This document shows positions 8,259-15,412 of a stretch of 64,000 nucleotides of DNA, one piece after another (the stretch's first letter is position 1; every line of letters starts with the position of its first letter). Source of the DNA: a virus. The notes beneath the pieces are model-generated. The model searched no databases and was not told the origin of the DNA. It saw only the letters and a program-made list of their open reading frames with translations. The DNA is taken from IMG/VR virus record IMGVR_UViG_3300046115_000153, positions 1 through 64,000 of that record; one strand, written 5' to 3'. A program made the translations under genes and the position numbers.

Positions 8259-9077
8259 ATGGACCTGCGAGAACTGCTCGAGTCAGGCGCGGCGCAGGGC
8301 TGCGGCCCGAGCTGGCGGACCGCCGCCGCACCACCCGAACTGTGGGCCGTCCACGTGCAAGGCCCCGACGACGTACTACCCATGCGCAGCCACGCCGCCG
8401 CCGAGAAGTACGCCAACACGCTCAACAAAAGCTGGGCGAAGTACTGCACGGCCTACCCGGACGAGACCGGGTTCCGGCCGAACCTCCACGCCGTCGTCGC
8501 CCCGTGGGACGGCGCCGCAGAGGCCCACGCAGCCGACGTCGAGCGATACGAGAACGAGCCGAGCCCTGACCGCCCCACGGACCCGCCCCGGGGATCGGCT
8601 GCGACGTCGGCCCCGGGGCGGCACCAGCAGAGAGGAGAGCGCAGTGAGCCTGCGAGACGCGCTACGGCGGGTCGCCGACGCGCTGACGCCGCCGCCCGAG
8701 ACCTGCGTCCACTGCGGCCAACCCGTCGACGCCCACCCGGATTGTCCGAACAGGTGAGCGCCGCCGAGCCTGGCCCGTTCGACCGGCCCCGCAGGCTCCC
8801 CGACCGCCGGGTCCACAACCCCGGCTCGGTCGACGACGGCAGCCGGGAAATGGTCGACCTCGCCACCGGCGAGCTCGTCGTCCTCCCGCCGTCCGAAACC
8901 CGCGCCCGCCGTCTCGCCCAACGCGCCGCCGCCCACGCCGCCCGCCTCGACGACGCCCGGCAGGCCGCCGACGTCCGCGCCCACGAATGGGCTGTCGTCG
9001 CACGCGGCAACCTGCCCCGGCGCACCCCGGCCGGACTGGAACGGCCAGCCGGCTACGAGCACGGAGGTGCCCCCTGA
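8259..9077 (+). CDS. hypothetical protein; the frame has no stop until 9077, so the 3' boundary is uncertain (see findings)
   Basis: ATG 8259 after GAGAGGA. GC3 is high from 8259 to about 8640, collapses from 8640 to 8750, then rises again from 8754. Confidence 0.4.
   Translation: MDLRELLESGAAQGCGPSWRTAAAPPELWAVHVQGPDDVLPMRSHAAAEKYANTLNKSWAKYCTAYPDETGFRPNLHAVVAPWDGAAEAHAADVERYENEPSPDRPTDPPRGSAATSAPGRHQQRGERSEPARRATAGRRRADAAARDLRPLRPTRRRPPGLSEQVSAAEPGPFDRPRRLPDRRVHNPGSVDDGSREMVDLATGELVVLPPSETRARRLAQRAAAHAARLDDARQAADVRAHEWAVVARGNLPRRTPAGLERPAGYEHGGAP
8644..8757 (+). CDS. zinc-ribbon micro-protein (37 aa, CVHCGQPVDAHPDCP)
   Basis: GTG 8644 after AGAGGAGAG. GC3-rich in the +1 frame exactly where the long frame loses GC3. 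Its stop overlaps GTG 8754. Confidence 0.45.
   Translation: MSLRDALRRVADALTPPPETCVHCGQPVDAHPDCPNR
8754..9077 (+). CDS. hypothetical protein (107 aa)
   Basis: GTGA overlap with 8644..8757. GC3-rich. Confidence 0.45.
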   Translation: MSAAEPGPFDRPRRLPDRRVHNPGSVDDGSREMVDLATGELVVLPPSETRARRLAQRAAAHAARLDDARQAADVRAHEWAVVARGNLPRRTPAGLERPAGYEHGGAP

Positions 9078-9610
9078 TGACCACCAGGAACGACCCAGGG
9101 CCACTACTACGGTCGCCTGCCCGCCGCGACCTACGGGTCCTCATGAGCCGCGCGAAGAACCGGCCGTGGTACGGCCAGGAGGCCGTGCACCCCCGGCACG
9201 TCCTCGCCACCACCGCGCTCACCGAACCCGGGCGGCCGGTCAGGTTGCTCCTCACCTACGACGCGGGCTACCACGCCTGCGGCTGGTGGCGGAACAGCGA
9301 CTACGACCGGTGCTGGCACCTGTCCGTCAGCTGCCTCGCCGGACTGCTCGTGCCCGGGCGCGCGCCGACGGACGTGGAAGCGCCGTCGGACGACGAGGTC
9401 AGGGCGTGGTCGCGGGCGCTGTTCGGGGAGCACGTCGTGTGGACCTGGACGGAGCCTCCCGCGAGCACGCTGGACCCCTACCGCAAGCCGGGCGTCGCGC
9501 ACGTGCGGCTGTTCACCGACCGCGCCGGGACGCCGATCCTGCCGGTGGGTGAGGTCTACGACCTGAAACCCTGGGACGACGGGACGAGCCCCGCGAAGGT
9601 GTTCCGGTGA
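9077..9610 (+). CDS. hypothetical protein (177 aa)
   Basis: TGATG junction. Inner start of ORF 8987..9610. Confidence 0.7.
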   Translation: MTTRNDPGPLLRSPARRDLRVLMSRAKNRPWYGQEAVHPRHVLATTALTEPGRPVRLLLTYDAGYHACGWWRNSDYDRCWHLSVSCLAGLLVPGRAPTDVEAPSDDEVRAWSRALFGEHVVWTWTEPPASTLDPYRKPGVAHVRLFTDRAGTPILPVGEVYDLKPWDDGTSPAKVFR

Positions 9611-9966
9611 CCCCCTCAAATGACGGGGCAAAAGTAGGCGACCTCCCACGCCGCACCAGGTCAGTGACCTACTGCGCCCGGTGCGGCGCGCTCGAGACCA
9701 TGCACGAGATCCGGCCCGACGGGACGCGGGGCAGGCGCCTCGGCACGTCCAGCGCCCTCCACGGGGTCCCTCTCGCGGGCGTCGCCTGCCCCGGTTACCA
9801 GCCCGGCCGCACCGAGGAGCGCCCGCCCGAAGAGGAGCTACGGCGACGCCTGGCAGCCGTGACGGCTCTGCACGAGCCATGGGGCTTCGAGCCGCTCTGC
9901 GCGGTCTGCGACGACCAGACCGAGTGGCCCTGCCCCACCGTGCTCGCCGCCCGAGGCGAGCTGTGA
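9607..9966 (+). CDS. hypothetical Cys-containing protein (119 aa)
   Basis: Track ORF. GTGA overlap. Confidence 0.65.
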   Translation: MTPSNDGAKVGDLPRRTRSVTYCARCGALETMHEIRPDGTRGRRLGTSSALHGVPLAGVACPGYQPGRTEERPPEEELRRRLAAVTALHEPWGFEPLCAVCDDQTEWPCPTVLAARGEL

Positions 9967-10045
9967 ACGCCCCGTGGCCGCCGCGCCCGCCCCTGCCCTC
10001 GTGCTATCCCGTCAGGTACCCCGTCCTGCTCGAAGGGAACGACCG

Positions 10046-10327
10046 ATGAGCGCACCCGACATCTCGTACCAGCCGTCCGCCCACCCCGGCGACCACCTCG
10101 TCTCCACCTACCTGGACCTGGCCCGCTGGCTCGGCGGCGACAACACCAGCTGGACCGGCGACTTCCTCCGGCTGCTCGCCAAGTCCGACCCCCAGCACCG
10201 CGAGGCCCTGCGCCGCGCCGCGCCGCGCGCCGTCGCCGCCTGGGAGATCTGGTACCCGGCGGGCGAGGAGCTGACCGGCGACCAGCTCGCGGCCCGGGTC
10301 GACGGCGCCGCCACGGGGCAAACCTGA
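10046..10327 (+). CDS. hypothetical protein (93 aa)
   Basis: ATG after GAAGGGA. Inner start of ORF 9974..10327. Confidence 0.6.
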   Translation: MSAPDISYQPSAHPGDHLVSTYLDLARWLGGDNTSWTGDFLRLLAKSDPQHREALRRAAPRAVAAWEIWYPAGEELTGDQLAARVDGAATGQT

Positions 10328-10378
10328 TGCGAAATGTCGTGACACACGGTCACACTCCCCGTAGGGAGGTGACCGGCG

Positions 10379-10591
10379 ATGGCCTACTACGTGGCCTCGG
10401 AGGACCGCGACGAGGCGTACGCGACCGGCGTCGACGGCGCGCCCCACCCCGAGGGCTGCACCGGATGGGCCGGCGAGGACGCCCAAGGCCGCCCCGTGCC
10501 GTGCCTCGCCTGCCACCCGGGCCTGCCCGAGCGGTTGCGACGCCAGCGGCGCCGCAACCGCGCCAGGGCAGGACTCGCACCCGTCCGCTGA
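10379..10591 (+). CDS. hypothetical protein (70 aa, basic C-terminus)
   Basis: Track ORF. GGGAGG lies upstream. Confidence 0.6.
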   Translation: MAYYVASEDRDEAYATGVDGAPHPEGCTGWAGEDAQGRPVPCLACHPGLPERLRRQRRRNRARAGLAPVR

Positions 10592-10607
10592 CCCGCAGGG
10601 AGACCTG

Positions 10608-10880
10608 ATGCCGGAAGCGACCACCAAGAGCGTCTACCGGTACACGGTCCCGCTCGACGACCAGTGGCACACCGTCCACCTGGACCACAGCCCGCTCGGC
10701 GCCGTCGAATTCGACGGGGGACGCGCGCTGTCGTTCTGGGCCGAGGACAACGGCGGGCCGAAGCTGGCCCGCCGGTTCCGCGGGTTCGGCACGGGCCACC
10801 CGGTGCCCGACGACGCCCGCTACTGGGGCACGGCGCCACGGAAGCACGGGCTGGTTTTCCACCTGTACGAGGCCCGCTGA
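10608..10880 (+). CDS. hypothetical protein (90 aa)
   Basis: Track ORF. GGGAGA lies upstream. Confidence 0.65.
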   Translation: MPEATTKSVYRYTVPLDDQWHTVHLDHSPLGAVEFDGGRALSFWAEDNGGPKLARRFRGFGTGHPVPDDARYWGTAPRKHGLVFHLYEAR

Positions 10881-10987
10881 TGGGTCGCCGCTTCGTCACC
10901 AAACGCCACCCCAACCGGCGACGGCGCCGCGACCGGTTACCCGGCCAGCAACCCACGCCACCCCGCCACTTAGGAGACCCGCACCCG

Positions 10988-11317
10988 ATGGCAAAGCCCG
11001 AGTACACCGTCACCGTCACGATCACGACCGTCGACCAGTGGCTCGCCCAGTACGCCCGCAACGAGGGCGAGAACCTCGTCCGGTACGTCGAGGAGCGGGT
11101 GACGGGAGACCGGCGGCCGCTTCTCCACACCTCCGTCGACCTGCTCGCCGACCTCGACCCCGGCGGTGTCTTCGCCATGAGCCACGTCGAGCAGTTCGCC
11201 ACCGTCCTGGCGGACGAGCTCGAACGGCGCAGGCGCCTGCCGGACCCCGACGTGGCCGCAGCCCTCACCGCCATGAACGAGGGCGTCGGCGCCTACCCCG
11301 CCGAGCAGACCTCGTGA
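10988..11317 (+). CDS. hypothetical protein (109 aa)
   Basis: ATG after TAGGAGA. Inner start of ORF 10664..11317. The upstream part of that ORF has poor GC3. Confidence 0.6.
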   Translation: MAKPEYTVTVTITTVDQWLAQYARNEGENLVRYVEERVTGDRRPLLHTSVDLLADLDPGGVFAMSHVEQFATVLADELERRRRLPDPDVAAALTAMNEGVGAYPAEQTS

Positions 11318-11523
11318 CCCCCCGGCAGCTCGCCGACAACGACCACCACCCCGACTGCGGCTGCACCAGGTGCGAACCGCCACCCGCCGCGGCACCCCGC
11401 CAACCCACCCGCGGCGCACGGGCGTTCGGCGCGTTCGTCGGCCTGTGCGTCACCGCCGTCGTCGCCCTCACCACCACCTGGCTCTGCGTCCTCCTCGTCA
11501 GCGCGATCGGACGAGCCTGGTGA
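11314..11523 (+). CDS. small membrane protein (69 aa)
   Basis: GTGA overlap. C-terminal TM segment. Inner start of ORF 11038..11523. Confidence 0.55.
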   Translation: MTPRQLADNDHHPDCGCTRCEPPPAAAPRQPTRGARAFGAFVGLCVTAVVALTTTWLCVLLVSAIGRAW

Positions 11524-11795
11524 CCGGCCGCGTCCGAGGCGCCTGGGCGGTCCTCATCGGCCGCGCCAAGGCCGTACCCCCGACGTCCCACAGCCTCAGC
11601 GACCTCGAGTCGCGCGTGGCGCTAGACAAGATCAGCGAGCTATGTGACGCCCTGTCGCGCGCCCACGGCGACATCGCGCACCTCGTCGGTATCGGCTGGC
11701 GGGACGACGAACGCCTTCAGCTGGCCGTCGAGGCGCAGCGCCGTATCGACGTCGCGCTCGGCCGCCACCCCGCCGAGGAGGCATCCGGTGGCTGA
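11520..11795 (+). CDS. hypothetical protein (91 aa)
   Basis: GTGA overlap. Inner start of ORF 11370..11795. Confidence 0.6.
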   Translation: MTGRVRGAWAVLIGRAKAVPPTSHSLSDLESRVALDKISELCDALSRAHGDIAHLVGIGWRDDERLQLAVEAQRRIDVALGRHPAEEASGG

Positions 11796-12276
11796 CCGAT
11801 GGTGGCGCCTGCGCGACCAGCTCCGGGCCATCCGCCGCGCCCTCGAGGAACATCACGGCCTGCCGCCGTGGGTCGCCCCGCCAGACGAGGGGCGCCTGCC
11901 CGGCGCACGCCGCCGCGGCGAGTTCGACGACATCGACGCTTTCGTGATCATCGAGTTTGGGCGGCTGCGTAACCGTGTAGCCGAACTCAAGGCGCTGCTG
12001 GCGCAGGCCGAGGACTACGCCCGCGAACAGGGCGACGCCGCGGCGGCGGCCGAGGCCGCGGTCGACCGGGTACGGGCCGCGTGCGCCGAGCTGGCAGGTG
12101 CGACACCGGACCCGGACGACCCGCTCGGCACCGGGATCGCCGAGGGGCTGCACGTCGCCGCGAGACGGGTCCGGGCCGCCCTCGACGGCCCGACGGCGTC
12201 CGACGACCTCGCGGCCGGGATCTCCGGTCCGCCGCTCGGCACGGCCCGGTACTCGGCAGGGCCGGACCGTGGCTGA
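11788..12276 (+). CDS. hypothetical protein (162 aa)
   Basis: GTG inside the junction motif GTGGCTGACCG, giving an 8-nt overlap. Inner start of ORF 11644..12276. Confidence 0.6.
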   Translation: MADRWWRLRDQLRAIRRALEEHHGLPPWVAPPDEGRLPGARRRGEFDDIDAFVIIEFGRLRNRVAELKALLAQAEDYAREQGDAAAAAEAAVDRVRAACAELAGATPDPDDPLGTGIAEGLHVAARRVRAALDGPTASDDLAAGISGPPLGTARYSAGPDRG

Positions 12277-12844
12277 CCGCCTGGCCCTGCCCGACGGCTG
12301 GCGGCTCGCCGAACGCTGCCGGGGCTACAGCTACGACCTGTACCGGACCGTCGACCCGTACGACGAGAGGGTCGCGCACGTCGGCAAGGGTTTCTGGGGC
12401 TGGCACGGCTCGCTGGCGATCGCGGGCAAAACCGGGTGGAGCTGGACGGCGCCCACCCGGGACGACGTGGTCCGGCAGGTGCTGCGGCACCTGGGTGCGG
12501 TGGGCGAGGCGGGCCAGCTGGCCGAGGACCGGATCGAGTGGGGCCACCGCCTCGCGGCGAGTTACCCGGGCCGGGACCGGTTCAACGACGCCGACGACGT
12601 CCGCTCGTGCTGGGACTCGGTTACCAGGTCGGTCCGCGCCACCCCGTGCGACGACCCGACGAGCAACGGCTACCCGCAAGACCACCTGTGGCGGCGAGTC
12701 ACGGTCACCGAGTGGCAGGCGGGCGGCAACTGCCGCGCGGAGTCGCACAGCAAGGGGACGTGGACACCCACCTGCAACCGCCCACGCGGCCACGGCGGGG
12801 CGCACCGTGACGGGGACTACGTCTGGACGGACGAGCCGTGCTGA
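12269..12844 (+). CDS. hypothetical protein (191 aa)
   Basis: Same GTGGCTGACCG junction motif. Inner start of ORF 12098..12844. Confidence 0.65.
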   Translation: MADRLALPDGWRLAERCRGYSYDLYRTVDPYDERVAHVGKGFWGWHGSLAIAGKTGWSWTAPTRDDVVRQVLRHLGAVGEAGQLAEDRIEWGHRLAASYPGRDRFNDADDVRSCWDSVTRSVRATPCDDPTSNGYPQDHLWRRVTVTEWQAGGNCRAESHSKGTWTPTCNRPRGHGGAHRDGDYVWTDEPC

Positions 12845-13110
12845 CGCGCCTCCGCGCCCGCTGGGTGACGTGCCGGTGCGGGCACCCCGTGGCCTGGCAC
12901 CGGCATGACACGCGACCCGAGGACCGGACGTGCGCCGGACGCAACTGCGGCTGCGAACGACCCCGCCGCTGGGGTCGTCTCCGCATGCACGACGTGCTGT
13001 TCAACCGGCCTGGCGAGGGGACCCGTGGCCGAGCAGTACGTACAGCGCGGCCGGGAGCTCGTGGAGGGTCTACTCGCACAGCTCGACGTCCCGCACGGCG
13101 CGCCAGTTGA
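12838..13110 (+). CDS. zinc-finger-like protein (C..CGH...C..C.C.RPRRWG); 3' end uncertain
   Basis: Track ORF. GC3 is good only to about 13022, then another frame (GTG 13025..13153) takes over. Paralogous motif in 40637..41002. Confidence 0.45.
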   Translation: MLTRLRARWVTCRCGHPVAWHRHDTRPEDRTCAGRNCGCERPRRWGRLRMHDVLFNRPGEGTRGRAVRTARPGARGGSTRTARRPARRAS

Positions 13111-13153
13111 CGACCAGCCAGCCGCCGCACATGCGGTCGAGAGGGGCGAGTAG

Positions 13154-13387
13154 ATGGCGGACGACGGCCGACCGAACGCCGAACTGCTGTACGACCTGCT
13201 CGCCGACCTCGACCGCGACCCGGACGGCTACGTCACCAAAGCAGGTATTGCGGCGCTCATCCGGTCCACGTGGCCGGACGCCCCGCCCGGTCCTGACGAC
13301 GGCGCGCTGTGCGACTGCGGCTGTGGCCGCGCCGACGACGACTGCGTCATCGACGCGCCGCTCGACGAGGTGACCGCCGGTGCCTGA
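13154..13387 (+). CDS. hypothetical acidic protein (77 aa)
   Basis: Track ORF. Last gene of the plus-strand block. Converges on the minus-strand gene 13529..13882. Confidence 0.6.
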   Translation: MADDGRPNAELLYDLLADLDRDPDGYVTKAGIAALIRSTWPDAPPGPDDGALCDCGCGRADDDCVIDAPLDEVTAGA

Positions 13388-13528
13388 GGCAGCGGCAGCG
13401 GCGTCGCTCGTCGCCCCCGACACAGCCGTCAGGAAACCAGGTCCCGCACATCCCGCCATGTCGTCTCGTCCAATGGGGCCCGCCGTCGTTGACGACGCCG
13501 GCGCGTTCGGGGAACGTGGCGTCTGACG

Positions 13529-13882
13529 TCACACCAGATCGCCCCCCGCCATCAGCCTCAGCACCTCGGCGGCCAGCGCCGCACGGTGCTTCGACCGGGA
13601 CTTCGACTCCGCCTCGAGCAGGTCGAGCACCGCCGTCGCGCGTTCCACTTCGGCGATCGCGTCCTGCGGCTGGTGGGCGAACACGAACGTCGCGTCGCCG
13701 TCAGTGTCCCCGTAGGTGTCGGCGACGAGGTCACGGCCGCGGCCGTCGTCCACGAAGATCCGGCTTCCGCCGTGCGGGTAGACGTTCTGCCGCCACGGCC
13801 CGGGAGTGGCCCGTTCCGCGAGGCGGCGGCGGTCCAGCAGTCGTTCGCGCAGGGCACGGGCGAGGTCGGCGGGGTCAGGCAT
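13529..13882 (-). CDS. DUF6221-like protein (117 aa)
   Basis: Inner ATG of ORF 13529..13936, overlapping the upstream stop by 8 nt. The GPW...FVFAHQP..AIAEVERATAVLDLL pattern resembles that family (from memory). Confidence 0.55.
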   Translation of the reverse strand: MPDPADLARALRERLLDRRRLAERATPGPWRQNVYPHGGSRIFVDDGRGRDLVADTYGDTDGDATFVFAHQPQDAIAEVERATAVLDLLEAESKSRSKHRAALAAEVLRLMAGGDLV

Positions 13883-14615
13883 CGGCGGCCCACTCGGGCC
13901 GGCAGTCCGGGTGCCACGCCCAGATCGCCGCGACATGACGTAGCGCCCGCGCGCCCGCGTAGTTCACGTTCAGGTCGCCGTCGTTCGCCGCGAGCGCCAT
14001 CGACGCCACCAGCGACCGCAGCGCCGCGACACGGGCGAGGATCTCCGCCCCGCGCTTCTCGGCGTCACAGTCGCACTCGTCCGAGCCGGTACGCGCCGAA
14101 CCGCAGCTCTCGACCGCCTTCGGGCAGGAGTACCAGCAGTCGTCGCAGTGGTAATGCCCAGGGTTTCGACCGCGCTCCTCCTCCTCGCCGATCCTCGCCA
14201 GGACGAACGCGACGAACGGGTCGGCCTCGGAGAACCCGCACGCCCCCTTGCCCGCCGGGCGGGAGACGTCAGGCACGGCGACCGTCGCCGCCCCCCCGGA
14301 TTCGACCGGCCCCGGCGGCGCCAGCCAGTAGAACCGGGCCGTGCCGGCCGCGTCGGTCACCACGTGGCTGGCCACGTCCGCGCCGGTCCAGCCGCGGACC
14401 CGTTTCTCGTACTGCCACAGGTTGTGCACCCGCGACCGGGCGTCCGGACCGTCGTCCAACGCGACCGAGCCGGCACCCGGCCAGCCCGCACCCCACCCGC
14501 CGTCGGCCAGCCACCGGTCCACCGCCGCCGCCAGCGGCCGTTCCCCCGGCTTCGGCTTCCGGCGCCGCCCGCCGTCGGGACGGCCGTGCCGGTACGAGCC
14601 CGGGTCGACCGGCAC
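13875..14615 (-). CDS. hypothetical protein with C-terminal Cys-rich DUF6221-like domain (246 aa)
   Basis: Track ORF. Pattern FVLARIGEEEE...CDCDAEKRGAEILARVAALRSL...WAWHPD. Confidence 0.55.
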   Translation of the reverse strand: MPVDPGSYRHGRPDGGRRRKPKPGERPLAAAVDRWLADGGWGAGWPGAGSVALDDGPDARSRVHNLWQYEKRVRGWTGADVASHVVTDAAGTARFYWLAPPGPVESGGAATVAVPDVSRPAGKGACGFSEADPFVAFVLARIGEEEERGRNPGHYHCDDCWYSCPKAVESCGSARTGSDECDCDAEKRGAEILARVAALRSLVASMALAANDGDLNVNYAGARALRHVAAIWAWHPDCRPEWAADA

Positions 14616-14639
14616 CTGCCACCCCCTCCACCTCGGACG

Positions 14640-15011
14640 TCACAGGATGCCCGCTTTCGACGCCGACACCAAGACCAGCAGCCACACGGACACGTTGCCC
14701 GACCAGCGCACACCGTAGGTCACGACCGCGTGAGCCCACGGCTTGGCGTGCCGGGCGAGGCGACGGCGGACCCGCTTCGTCAACCACGTCTCGACGACGT
14801 GGCAGCGGCGGCACAGAGGCTTGAGCACCCACAGCGGGACGCGGCCGGTCTCGCCGCTGAACTGGTAGGTCAGGTGGTTGAGCTGCAGCCGGTCTTTCCG
14901 GCGGCACCAGAAGCAGCGTTTGCGGGTGTACGGGGAAGCCCAGTAGCGGCGTTTCGTCTCCTCCCAGCCGGGGCCGTAGACACGGGCCGACCATTCGGCG
15001 AGAGTGCTCAC
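14640..15011 (-). CDS. HNH-like zinc-finger protein with C-terminal TM (123 aa)
   Basis: Track ORF. CFWC...LNHLTY...CRRCH pattern and a hydrophobic tail. Function is tentative. Confidence 0.45.
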   Translation of the reverse strand: MSTLAEWSARVYGPGWEETKRRYWASPYTRKRCFWCRRKDRLQLNHLTYQFSGETGRVPLWVLKPLCRRCHVVETWLTKRVRRRLARHAKPWAHAVVTYGVRWSGNVSVWLLVLVSASKAGIL

Positions 15012-15253
15012 CTTTTCAGCTCTATTCGCTTGGGCAGAAAAGCGTCCAGCGACGTGGGGACGTCCGCGACGCCGTCCTCCCAGTAGGCGTTGAAAAGCAT
15101 CGACGTCAGAGCGTGGTAGACGGCGCTCGACTCTTCCGTCGTCGGCACTGTCCGGCCGAAGACTTTCGTGACGGTCGCCGCTTCGGCGACCGTCATGGTC
15201 ACTGTCACCGTGGCCGGCTCGTCGCCGTCGAACGTGATGCTGTCGACCCTCAT
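15008..15253 (-). CDS. hypothetical protein (81 aa)
   Basis: Track ORF. ATGA-coupled to the downstream gene. Confidence 0.6.
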   Translation of the reverse strand: MRVDSITFDGDEPATVTVTMTVAEAATVTKVFGRTVPTTEESSAVYHALTSMLFNAYWEDGVADVPTSLDAFLPKRIELKR

Positions 15254-15281
15254 GGCCGCCCCTCCTCCGTCACTCTTCGTG

Positions 15282-15323
15282 TTGTCGCGCTTGTCGCGCT
15301 TGTCGTTGTCGCGCTTGTCGCGC
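15282..15323. repeat. four direct copies of TTGTCGCGC (plus a half copy), clt-like
   Basis: Copies at 15282-90, 15291-99, 15306-14 and 15315-23. An inverted GCGACAA lies at 15394-15400. The array is non-coding and begins 90 nt downstream of the traB-like stop. Confidence 0.75.
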
Positions 15324-15369
15324 CGAGCGAAAGCATTGCCGTAGCCGATCGTGTCGGCCGTCCGCGGCG

Positions 15370-15392
15370 CTTGTAGCGGGGGCCGCTACAAG
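15370..15392 (-). terminator. hairpin CTTGTAGCGG-ggg-CCGCTACAAG directly after the traB-like stop
   Basis: 10-bp perfect stem read from the sequence, 21 nt downstream of the stop at 15413. No clear U-tract. Confidence 0.5.
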
Positions 15393-15412
15393 TGCGACAA
15401 GCCCCGTACTGA

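Noticed and set aside
12763-12771. A seventh GTGGACACC site. There are also near matches CTGGACACC near 20185 and GTGGACACG near 16825.
   Set aside because: These lie inside coding sequence or are imperfect. About one 9-mer hit is expected by chance in the window, so they are not counted as operator sites.
15282-15323. CRISPR array or coding repeat (track ORF 15270..15551 translates it as QARQ repeats).
   Set aside because: The units are 9 bp and contiguous with no spacers. The ORF has no coding periodicity and lies between two clear gene ends.
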